Below, one piece after another: positions 24,481 through 35,905 of a DNA stretch of 64,000 nt. The stretch comes from Parasitella parasitica NRRL 2501 (lineage: Eukaryota; Fungi; Mucoromycota): positions 65,839 through 129,838 of the forward strand of contig MU619305.1 of NCBI GenBank assembly GCA_025201805.1. Direction: 5' to 3'. The position numbers were made by a program, and so were the translations under genes. The notes beneath the pieces are model-generated. The model was not told the origin of the DNA and did no database searches. It saw only the letters and a program-made list of their open reading frames with translations. Position 1 is the stretch's first letter; each line of letters begins with the position of its first letter.

Positions 24481-25288
24481 TTGATCAATAGAATAGGCGA
24501 TCAACATGTTCAAACAGCTGTCATTTGATCAGCACTAAAGACTTTTTTTTTATATATGATACCCTAAAATTACTTGAAAAAAGCAAAAGCTTCAACATCA
24601 TGGAACAGTGATATATAGTTCTGCTTGACATGTTGGGTCATTACAAACGGGATTTAAGGAGGCAAAATCAATTCAGTATAAACGTGATGCTGGAAAAGTT
24701 TTAGTCCAAAGATATGTCATAAAATTAGATAGAAGAAGGAGGATAGAGAGAAATTATGGAATTCTCAACTACTGTATCTACATGAAAGCAAAATTAAAGT
24801 GGCCTCACATGAGTTTATAACTTTTTGTTTACAAATAAACATATTAATCGTTATTAAAACATGCAAAGATCGCACAAAATTGTTTTATCAAAACCTGTTC
24901 TGTACAGTATACAAGCTTGCTTTACGGTCAGTAATTCAAGTGAGAAGCAAAATATAAACGAACCATCCCGTTTAGTAAGAGTAATGCACATGTTAACTGT
25001 CTTTTGTATTTTGGCTGCCTGATCGGCAAATGATTTAAAATATGATTACCCAATTAGATACAGCTATACATAATCATTATCTGATTTACAAAAATAACGG
25101 AACGGGGTAAGTTTTATCAGATCTTTGGTACATTCTATAAATGAATTAAGGGAAGGGGGTGGAAAGTTATTATAAATATTCTGTTCTCTTTTATTCAACC
25201 TCTTCTTTTTCTTTTTTTTTCTTTCTTTCTCTTTGCGTTGTGTTTTACATTTGTTTACTAAATATTGATTGTTTTTCTTCTTATCTCG

Positions 25289-25354
25289 ACACACACACAC
25301 ACACATACATACACACATACATACACACATACATACACACATACATACACACAT
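25289..25354. repeat. Compound (AC)n/(ACACATACATAC)n microsatellite just upstream of the MFS gene
   Basis: Directly visible tandem repeat. Confidence 0.92.
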
Positions 25355-25404
25355 CATATAAATATAACAGCAATTACAAGCCCAAATTTTGACCATCTGA
25401 AAAA

Positions 25405-27329
25405 ATGTCACTCGATAAAGAAGTTTACAATAACAGCATGAACGAAGAAACACCGCTTTTAAACACTTCTTCTTCTACATCCTCATATGATTGCTGCTCA
25501 GAAGCAGATTGCTGCAGGAAACAGCAAGACAAGGCTCCCTCTTCTACAAAGCTATTTATTTCATCAGCTACAGATGGTGACGACGATCCAACTTGTCAAT
25601 TGTCGAATCAGCCATGGAAATACAAAATTGTCGCTTTACTTTGTGCCATGTTTCTAGCGAGTAAGTGCAATAGACTATAGTTGATTGGGTTTTGCTCTAG
25701 TGACTAACTCCTTTTCACATAGTGGGTAGCCATTTTGCTGCTCATACACTAGGCGCAATGAAATCCACGATTAAAAAGGTAGGACATATTCTAAATGCTT
25801 GCGAAAATATGCGTATTGATAGTTCAAAAATTACCAGGAATTTGATATCTCTAATTCTCAATACGGTGTGCTTCAATCCAGCGTATCCATCGTAAATACT
25901 GTTTTGCCACTTATTGGTGGTATTTTCATAGACGCATTTGGCACCATTCCTGGTTCTATTCTCACAACTGTCCTGATTGCATCGGGTAATATTCTAGTGG
26001 CTGCTTCCACGTCAACAACAAATTTATCCATGATGATCTTTGGTCGCATACTATATGGCATTGGTAGTGGCACGGTAGTCATTGTTCAAGAGACAATATT
26101 GAGTCAGTGGTTCCAGGGTCGAAGTCTTGCAGCTGTGATTGCGCTGATGATGACCGTCAGCAGATTGGTAATTGCTTTTTTAAATAGGTTCAACATACAT
26201 GTCGTCAACTGACGTTTTTTTGTTTTGTTTTTTTGTTTGGTGATAGTCATCGTTTTTAGCTCAAGCTACCGTGGTACCAATTGCAAAGTGGTCGGGTTGG
26301 TATGGTTACGGCTTCTGGGTAAGTATCTTTTCCATCATGTGTCGATTATTCCTTGGGTTATTAATGTATGTAACAAATACAGTTTTCTGCTATGCTCTGT
26401 GTGTTTTCTTTATTGATCAACCTCGTATACATTGCCTTGCTGAAAAATTTATCTACTTTGACCGACCAAAAGAATTGCCAAGTTCAGCGTAATGTGATTA
26501 AGCGCAAGAAATCGTTTAGTTGGTCTAAACTGATGTTTTTACCACATTCTTACTGGTTGATTGCATGCATGGAATTCTTGCTCGGTGGTGCTTGGGGCTG
26601 CTTTCTTCATATCAACAGGTAAAAAAAAAAAAAAAGCATCAATGATCCAATCCAGTATAGATGGAGGAATCTAACATGTGCAACAGTGAATTTGTGAAAT
26701 TCCGTTTTGGCTATAACGATGGAAAAGCAGCTGCAGTCGCCAGCGTTGCTCAAATGCTTCCTATCTTTATCATGCCCTTTTTAGGGTTTTTCGTTGACAA
26801 ATTCGGCAAACGAACTTGGATGATGATGGGCAGCGCCTCCACATTCCTAGCATCCCTTTTGTTGCTGAAATATACCGATTTGAATCCACTGGTTGGCATG
26901 ATCAGTTTCAGCGCTAGTTTGGCGTTGGGACCCGTCGCTCTTGTCTCGTCGATCCCGGTCATTTTACCTCTATCACTTGTCGGCACCGGCATGGGCCTCG
27001 TAAAGTCAGGCACCAACATTGGCGCTTCTTTATTTGATATTGTTACTGGGCTATTGCAGGACCATGATTCCGAAAAGGGCTACAGTGGCGTAATAGACTT
27101 TTTTGTTATTATCGGTATCCTGTCCTTGCTGGCGGGTGTTACTCTATGCATCTTGAATCGTACTATCTATGGCAACATACTAGATGCTCGTAGATCTGAC
27201 GCCAACAAAAACAGCGGCGATAAACGTTTGTTGATGAATAAGAGACTAAGAATCAACTATCTTTATGGTGGTGTCTATGTCTCGCTAGTGATTGTCAGCT
27301 GGGTGCTATTCTTTAAATATGTTCTTTGA
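25405..27329 (+). CDS. Major facilitator superfamily transporter, MFSD1-like, multi-exon
   Basis: N-terminal EETPLL dileucine sorting motif; NTVLPLIGGIFIDAFG, GRILYGIGSG, QWFQGRSLA, GFFVDKFGKR; many TM helices. Confidence 0.88.
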
Positions 27330-27426
27330 TTTTTTTTTTATTTCTTTTTTTTGTATTTATTTATTGTCAATAGGATGATAGTAACAGATAAACAGGATAT
27401 AAAATTATCTTGACCCTTACAGAACT

Positions 27427-28562
27427 TTATTTCTTTGCACCTCTTTTATCGTCAATAATGGGTGATTGGTCTTGTCTCGGTAAAGAATTAGGGCCTGGTT
27501 GCTGCCAGTAACCGTGAGGTTGTTGCTGTTGCTGTTGTTGTTGCTGTTGCTGTTGCTGTTGTTGCTGCTGTTGTTGATGAGACATGTAGTGTTGTTGTTG
27601 GCTACCATAGAATGCAGGTTGAGGAATTTGGCCGTATGCATTTGGTGTAGGCTGACCTTGCGTGGGTTGATAGCCACCACTTTGGGCAGTAGGGTTCATG
27701 TAACCAGGATGGCCATTGTAGCTACCCCCATTTCCAGTTGGCTGAGAAGGTGGAGGTTGAGAATAAGGAGACTGAGAGGGGTGATAACCTGAATTTGATC
27801 CATTACCGCCATTATAACCATTGGGTGCAGTCTGTTGTTGCTGTTGAGGAGGCTGAGGTGGTTGAGTTTGAGCAGCAGTAGCAGCAGCAGAAGATCCTTC
27901 AGTCTAATTGCATACAACGACAAACGTTTGAAACGTGATTTATGTACGTCTATACCTATAATTACCTTGTCATCATACAGCTTCTTGTCTTCACTTTGTG
28001 GGGAGCTATTGCCATAAGACGCGTCACCACCCTAAACATTACACTCAAAATGTTAAAGAGACCTCTTAGACAAGAGATGTAAAATTACTTACAGTTTGCT
28101 CATTCGACATGGGATCAGGAGCATTCAAGCAAGCTTGAATCAAATTCTTTCCTTCGGGTTTAGTTACAATAGGTTGTAATTTGACAGTAGTAAAAGTATA
28201 AACAAGGCCAGTCTCGGACACAACGAGCAACAAGACTTGAGTACCAGTTAAAGTACTTAATTCGTATGCCTATCGATGCCACCATATAAACAACGCTCAG
28301 CTACCATGGCAACCCAACCCCACCCTAATTTTTTTTTTTTTTTGACAGTTACCTTTTTCATAATGCCAGCCTTTCTCTTTGAAAATGTAATATGTCTACG
28401 ATTCTTATCTTCGATGTATTCAATCTTGATCTTTCTTCTACCTGAACGTCTAGCAGGCTTATCGTTATCAGAGTCGTCACCAGCAGAGTCATTGTTGGGA
28501 TCTTCAGGTTCAAAGAGCTTTTGTTTCATGTCTTGTCTATCGTTTGTTAATTCTGGGTTCAT
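27427..28562 (-). CDS. MCM1: SRF/Mcm1-type MADS-box transcription factor with poly-Q C-terminus
   Basis: GRRKIKIEYIEDKNRRHITFSKRKAGIMKK|AYELSTLTGTQVLLLVVSETGLVYTFTT.KLQPIV..PEGKNLIQACLN. Confidence 0.92.
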
Positions 28563-28723
28563 TTGATTTAAAAAATGAGTTTCCTAAAAGAATATCAAAT
28601 AATTACAGGGAGTTGCCAAATTCAGTACTTTTAGAACTTAACAAGGTAAGGGAGGGAAAAAAAAAAAGATTTCAAAAGGGGATAAAAAAGAAATCTTCTT
28701 TTGGGACGAAGGCCTTTATTATT

Positions 28724-29257
28724 TGATTGGAAGCAAAGAAGGTGACGTGAATGAAAATAAAGACTACTTCTTTCAGACGGAGTATTCAAGGCTTGAACGC
28801 CACTTTTTATCCTCTATTGATATATTTGGAACTGTAGGTTGCATAAAATGTGTCAGTTACAGTTGGCCCATCAAAACGTGTAGTGTTGCGAACAAAATGT
28901 CATCCAATCAGAAATAGAATATTACTCAACCAGCCAATCAGAAAAAAGGGTAAAAAGTCAACCAATCAGAATAAACATTTGTTCTTATAGGAATAAAATG
29001 AATCCATGTAAATTTGTGTCTTATTTTTTTTGTCTAGAAAGATAAAAATAAATTTGAACTCTTCAAAGGTTAAACTTTAAGCAGATTTGTTAGCCTTGTT
29101 TAGCATTTGCTATGATAAACAGACAGAGTTTTCAGTATGTGAGGCGACACTTCACTTCTGATTGGCTGACACTTTGCTCCTTTAGAACGATAGTTGATCT
29201 GTGATTGGCTAATAGTTTAATTTCAACTGAGCGACGTTCTCTTTGTGATTGGGCGAC
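28724..29257. promoter_or_regulatory. Cluster of seven CCAATCA (NF-Y/Hap-type) boxes upstream of the MADS-box gene
   Basis: CCAAT on + at 28904, 28934 and 28962; ATTGG at 28726, 29161, 29204 and 29248; all extend to CCAATCA. Confidence 0.7.
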
Positions 29258-29384
29258 ATTCTGTTGGCATCAGACGACATAATTTATTGGATCAACTGTA
29301 TTGATTGTTTTACATATAGGAACAAAAGGAGGGAAAAATGGAAAGGGCATAATTTTTTTGCATATAATTTTGGGATGAATAACC

Positions 29385-31218
29385 TTAATTTTGGGATGAG
29401 TTTTCTTGATTTAATTGATAAGGGTGCTGATAATGAGTGTAATGTGGTACTGGTGGTGATGAAGATGGTGGTCTTATAGCAGGTAAATTGTACACTGGCG
29501 AATCTGATGATGTGTAGTAATATTGACCAATAGATGGTTCAATAGCATGAGGGGTGGTAGAAGATGATGATGATGCTGAATGATTTGTTGGCAATGGTAA
29601 TACGATTTTACCTACAGGTGGTAATGTCTCTTCATCTTTAAGGAGTAGATTTTGCATTGACATGACATGGCTCGTAGAAGAGGTAGAGGAGGATGGTGAC
29701 TCTCTGAGTGGTGGAGACGATGATTCAATTGAAGGAAATCTTCGGCGTTTCCTAATGAATTTATATGTTAATTCCCTTTCTGTAGATCTCTATTTTCTCT
29801 TTTTTAATATGCAAATTCATTATATCCTTACATTGATGGGGTTGTTGAAGCCCTTGCTTCTTTGCGTATCCGAATCCGCACCCCTTGATCCGAAAATGAA
29901 CGAGTCAGGTCTGTAGATTCTAAAAGATATATTAAAAACCAAGGGGTTTTTGTGTAGGAGTATGGTGTGATTAGAATGAGATGATGATGATGTTTCGTGG
30001 TTGTGCGTATCTTACCTGACATACCTGGAAAACCTATAAAGATAAAAGCATGTAGAATGTTAGTTTCTGCATTAATGTCACGACAAACACATTATATTTA
30101 GAAAAAGCACATACTCTTCGGCGAATAGACCCGAAATGGGTCAGAGAAAATGGAACAAATCCTTTCTACTTCAATTCTATGAATAGATGGCATATTTTAA
30201 TATTCTAGAATATTTGACTATAATTTATCCACATACCCTTTAATTTGAAACAGAGTAAACTTCAGTTTAAATACACCTTCGATTCGGATACTAATATCTG
30301 CAAATATAAAGAATGCACCTTCTATATTACAAAATGTGAGTATGTGGTGTTTCTTTCAACAAAAAAAAAAAAAAAAAAAAGAAAAATGCGTGTACCTGTA
30401 TTGTTCGTGTCTTTTAATTTATGTAGTGATTGTACAACGGATCCTGCTGTGGTTCTTATTCCATTTACATCATGTATGTCGCTATCATCACTCGCATTTG
30501 CCAATGTTGTATGTAGGAAGAAATTGGCGCTATTTTGATAATCACTGTATAAACAGAGTGTTAGATGTCTAATACTTGAGTTTATGCCCGAAGACAGATT
30601 CATACACATTTTTTTACTAAATTTATTAACTTATCCTTTTTTCCCCTTCCTCAGACCCCCTCCTCCTTTTGCGTACAAGCGAATCCCCTCGTTTTGCCCT
30701 CTCTCTCTCTCTCTTTTTCTCTCTGTCGGCCTTCTCTCTCTTTTATGTCATTGTATAATGTGAATAAAAATAACCTGAGACATATCGCTCATAAGCAGTT
30801 TTTGTGCACGAGTTGTCCCATTTTGATAACCTCACATCCTTTTCCCTCTTTGTCTCGCTCTTCCGTGTACATCAATATGTGATGATGTAATTAACTTACT
30901 TGAAGTTCATACTGTTACTCTGATGCAATTGCACAATAGGTGGTGGATCTAATGGCCGGCGGTCAACTAGTATTTATGGTACATTAGTTTTTTGACATGA
31001 TTTTCCAGCTAAAGAATTTTTATTATACCTTTATCCTTAAAACTACATAAGCGAGCCTTTTCAGGTTGTTGCTGAACAGTTAGAGTATATCTAGAAATTT
31101 TATTTTGTTAGAAAAAAAAGCATGCAAATCATCATTAAATGGCTTACTTTGTGTTGCTTGCATTGAAGGGTTGGTTTTGAAAATAGGGATGTGTTGTGGG
31201 TGAAAATTGGTGATTCAT
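29385..31218 (-). CDS. Velvet-domain regulator (VosA/VelC-like), many small exons
   Basis: Spliced: MNHQF..YTLTVQQQPEKARLCSFKDK|VDRRPLDPPPIVQL..FFLH..TTAGSVVQSLHKLKD..GAFFIFADISIRIEGVFKLKFTLF..SDPFRVYSPK.FPGMS|ESTDLTRSFSDQGVRIRIRK, then an S/P-rich tail. Confidence 0.88.
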
Positions 31219-32099
31219 TTTTAATAGTACTTAAATACTTGCAACTGACATGTAAGAGCTTATGATATAAATATCAAATTAAAATAAAAGTGGAAAGAGA
31301 GAGAAAAAGAAAAATAAGAATACAAGTGTTGGAAAAGCAAATTTATTGATCACAAAAAAAGTTTTATTATCACAACCATCATGCACCACGTTAAAGAAAA
31401 AAAGAATGATGCTCAACAAGGAGCAATAAAGGTGGAATAAATCCAGAACGATGGGTTTAATGTGTCATGCTATCCTAGATGGAAATCTTTTTTTTTTTTT
31501 TTTTTTTTNNNNNNNNNNNNNNNNNNNNNNNNNNNNNNNNNNNNNNNNNNNNNNNNNNNNNNNNNNNNNNNNNNNNNNNNNNNNNNNTTCAACTAAGGTT
31601 TTTTTTTTCTATCAATGCATCATGTATTAATATTATTTTTAATTAAAAAATACAACGACTATATGTTTATATTAAGCTTTGTTTATTTAATGTAGTGTAC
31701 CTTGACGTTGTTAATCGTATATTTTTGTATATCGCATACCAAAGATATTGTTTTCAAGGGGAGCATTTTGATGAGATTTTTAAACTGTATGTTTCTGAAA
31801 GATGCGATTGAACATAACGATCGAACTAACTTCGTGATGCTACTCCTTAATTATTTTTTTTTCTCTTTTTAATCTTTCTTTGTTGATCTACATTTGTCGC
31901 AAGAGAGAAACCGAAAAAGTCATCACTTTTCATTGTTCCAAATGAACCTAATGTAAATCTTTTTTATTTCGTTCGATCGTTTTTATTTTCTTGCTCTCCT
32001 TTTACCTGTTTGTTTATATTTTGATTTCATTTTAATTATGTTATTGTTTGTGCTAGCTATAATAAACATTTTTCCTCTATTTTTACCTGCTTGTTCAAA

Positions 32100-33890
32100 T
32101 TTTTCTTTGATGATTGAATAATCTGAATTAATAAACTCAGGGTCCAAATGCAAATTCTATCACCCCTCAGCGAAATAATCATCAGCCTTCTGATCCCCTG
32201 AAACTTTGTTTTGATCTTGAGTTGCTTTTTCATCAAGTAGCTAAAAGAGAAGCACTTTTTCGTTTTAACCGATGGGAAATAGAATATTCTAGCTGCTTAA
32301 GCAATATGCTCAAATTAATCACGTTGCAGTTTCATCTGATATGCATACTGTATTGTGTGAAGCATGAGTTTTTCTCCTCCAATGTTCCTAAACAGAACTC
32401 GTTAATCAAAAACACATTTACATTGTCCTTTCAAGCGTATTTCCCAGAGCATTTTGCAATATGTCTAAGCTACAACAGCGCCAGAGAAAACGATTATTTT
32501 AGGTTTAAATCAATTGGAGCTAGATTTTATAGCGCACTGCCCTGTTTCCTCGGTTGACCAGTATGCAGACACCTTACAAAAGACAAGGCATTTGCGAATG
32601 AGGGGGAGGGTTTTTACACGGCTGCTAGTTCCCATTACCTGGACAATGTACAGCCAGATGATTGGAATGAATAAAACTTGAAAGGAGATGTGTGCGTTCA
32701 CGTCTGCCATAGCTGTAGCATACGTTTATAACAAGTCAGTGGTATGCTGTTTTGTCTTGCCGTTGTCTAGGTTATTTGAACTGGTTTGGTCTGAATGTTT
32801 CTAGTTTATATATCTTTGTTGATCAAATACCACGTCTACGTTTGGCGAGCAGCTTGGGGTTGTTAGAGACAGCAACAAAGGGAGTCTGGCTGCCGCTCGA
32901 CATAGTAGTTGCATTGGGTCTCGTGAATTAGTCTTTCGATGCATCAATCTTCTGATTGCTAGTGAATAATTCGAACCCTGAGAAACAGCCCAGGATACTT
33001 GCAAACCCCGGAGACATCGTCTCCCTTTTTTAGATGCACATGTCAGCCATCACAAATGTATACATAACCATATGTAAAGCTTGATCATTCTTGCTATGTA
33101 GCTCGCATTCAGGGCTTTGCATTGTGTTGCTTGGCAGCTTTGGTAATTTTAATAGCTTTGCGCGTTCAAAAACTGATAAACGTTTAATTTGGCATCAATC
33201 ATCACTGCCACAGACCTAGTATCTTTCCAGCGGCTTGAGGTTTCGGATCACGGAAGCACACGGACGTGCTCTTGTGTTTTGCTAGAAGGTCCCCCACTGC
33301 TCATTTTAACTTCATGCCAGCGGTTCTGTCTAGGCAGGAATAACACAAAGAATATCCTCAGCCGGCTTTTGTGCAGGCTTATGGCATCAGCCCGCAAGGA
33401 GTAGCACCTTGAACGTGCGTTTAATGATGGGGAGCTGCTCCGAAACTCTGGTTTCTCAAAACCGATTCCATATGTTGGCCTTGAACTAAAAACCTGCTAC
33501 CATCAATGCCGCGCATGAGCATAGTTTCCGACATTTATTGTGAGAGGTTCGATGAGCAAAAGCAAGTCCAGAGCCATCACAGTAATTAGTATACATACTA
33601 CTTTCTTTATTCTTCCACACCGGCTTACGGGATCAACTGTTAGAAGAGGGCACCCGCATCAGCTTTCCATAGAGACATTGACGTTTTAGGAGTGCAGATT
33701 GCTTTTGGAAAGAAGGCGATTTGCTTGATATATACACTGTGGGATACACAAATAAGGGATAAATGCAACATCGTTCTTCAAACAAACACATCAACAACAC
33801 TGCTGTTGCTCATTTGGCACTTGAAGGCCATCTCGGGGCTATTTTAGTTCTTGGTGAGCAGAATCCTCGTGTGTCTTTTTAGCATTTTTA
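32100..33890 (-). pseudogene. Degenerate coding-like sequence (probable TE or pseudogene relic), unidentified
   Basis: Higher GC and codon-like texture than the flanking DNA, only short broken ORFs, no recognisable motif; strand is a guess. Confidence 0.25.
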
Positions 33891-34163
33891 TCTATTTCGT
33901 CACTATATAAATACTCCTTTTCCCCCCAGTTAAAGGTTGATTGTTTTATTATACATGTATATGTTTTCATTGAGAAATTCTCGTCTTTGATTCTTCTATC
34001 AAGTTACCTAATTAATATGCGGATAAATACGCTTCCATCAACCGAATTGGACCAAAAGTGACATCATGGTATTTACTCGGAGAGAAACATCTTTGTAGAA
34101 AAGATAAACAATAAAAGCCTGCCAAAAAGCATCTTTTCCACTTGGCTCATTTAATTGTACGTA

Positions 34164-34546
34164 ATGCGTTTCAATACTCCTGTTACCAATGGCGCTATCC
34201 GTGCTGTCGCCTACAACAACACTTACCGCATGGCTCAGGTAAATGAAGATTTGTCACGAAAGCAAATGTCATTTCAACTAAACACAAACGCGGGGTAAAT
34301 CACAGAAACAAACCTTCTTTGGTGGTCTTCGCCAATATTCCAGCCAAGCTGAAGTAAAGAAAAGCGGTGGAAGTAAGGTTTGGTTGGCAGCACTTGCAGG
34401 TGCTGGCGTGGTTGGTGGCCTTGTTTACAATAAGAGTGACACTAAGGTGGTTCCTGTTGTAGAACAAGTCGAGAAGCAATCTGCTCCCGCTTCTGCGTTC
34501 AACCCTTCAAGCTTCGTTTCCCTCAAAGTAAGCATCGTTTAATACT

Positions 34547-34579
<33 letters not shown>

Positions 34580-35410
34580 NNNNNNNNNNTTTTGGCTTTG
34601 AACAAGGGCTAATTGGAGCTTCAGTTGCTTGAAGTTCAACCTGTCTCTCACAATACCAGTGTCTTCCGTTTTGCGCTTCCCGATGGACATGCCTCTGGGC
34701 TCCCAGTCGCTTCTTGTGTCGTTGCCAAGCATAAGCCTGCAGATGGCAAGCCCATTATTCGCCCTTACACTCCTGTATCTGAAGAAGAGGTAAACAGAGC
34801 ACCAAAATTATGTCATTTCGTGCTAAAATAGACTCCACAGACTGTCGGCCATGTTGATTTCATCATCAAAAAATACGACAACGGTACGTTGACTCCTATT
34901 ATTCACGATATGAAGCCAGGAGATACTCTTGACTTCAAGGGCCCTATTCCCAAGTTCAACTGGGAGCAAGATCAAAAGAGCCACGTTGGTATGATTGCTG
35001 GCGGCACTGGTATCACCCCCATGCTGCAAGTCATCCGTAGAATCTTCCACGAGAAATCAAACGATAAAAAGACCAAAGTCTCTTTGATTTTTGCCAACCA
35101 AACTGAAGAGGACATCTTGTTAAAGGACGAGTTGGATAAGATTGCCAAAGAACATCCTGATCGTTTCAAGGTCGTTTATGCTCTTGATAAGGCTCCAGAG
35201 AACTGGTCTGGCGTCACGGGCTACGTTACCAAGGAAGTTGTTCAAGCTCATTTGCCTGGCCCTAAGGAACAAGATTTTGTGATCTTTGTATGTGGCCCTC
35301 CTCCTATGGTCAAATCTCTTGCTGGTGCTAGAACTATGAAGAGCCAAGGTGAACTTGAAGGTGTCTTGAAGGAATTGGGTTATGCTCAAGAAGATGTTTT
35401 CAAATTTTAG
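34164..35410 (+). CDS. MCR1: NADH-cytochrome b5 reductase, mitochondrial Mcr1 type
   Basis: Presequence plus TM (VWLAALAGAGVVGGLVY); SHNTSVFRFALP, IRPYTP, MIAGGTGITPMLQ, FVCGPPPM, VFKF*. Confidence 0.92.
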
Positions 35411-35905
35411 TAGATCAACACGACTTTTCATGTATATTAAAACAAAAGAAATACAAAATAAAATACTGTTGCAACAGCAATAAAGACCATCATTACCATA
35501 CCCACGTATACGCACAGTAGCTGATGGTTGCTAAAAGTTGTCGTGTGATTGTTCAGTTTTGGAATAAAAGTGAATAGTCAAAGTAGATATGCTTATGCAG
35601 TCAAGATGAAGTGAGAGGTAAGAAAATCAAAATGCTTTTCTGATGCAACGAGTAGCAATTATTTAATTGCTGATATGCCAGAAAAAAAAACCATCATATA
35701 GCCGATATATTAGTTGGCTCAAAGATTTTTTCCAAGTGAACTTTGCTTTGAGTGCAGTTAAATTACTAAGCGTAGTCGCTTTTGCTCAAATACTAAATAC
35801 CCAGCAAAATGTGATGTTTGTGAAGGTCTTTTATTATCAACGAGCAATACAATGCTCTTTTTTATTCACTTTCGTGGTAGAATTTATGCCGTATTTTTTG
35901 CTATC

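Noticed and set aside
25064-25453. ORFs with CVCM/HTYI repeats
   Set aside because: These are translations of the microsatellite and poly-T tract, not genes.
21855-27329. BVMO + MFS + transcription factors as a secondary-metabolite cluster
   Set aside because: There is no backbone synthase, the MFS is the housekeeping MFSD1 type, and the neighbouring TFs are global regulators.
27499-28017. Poly-Leu and poly-Ser ORFs on the + strand
   Set aside because: Antisense shadows of the MADS-box poly-Q/A regions.
29822-29831. ATATCCTT as a second U12 donor
   Set aside because: It is on the strand opposite the velvet gene and is simply the reverse complement of a normal GTAAGG donor.
32960-32990. GGTTCGAAT B-box-like motif on the minus strand
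   Set aside because: No cloverleaf or A-box; it lies within degenerate coding-like DNA.
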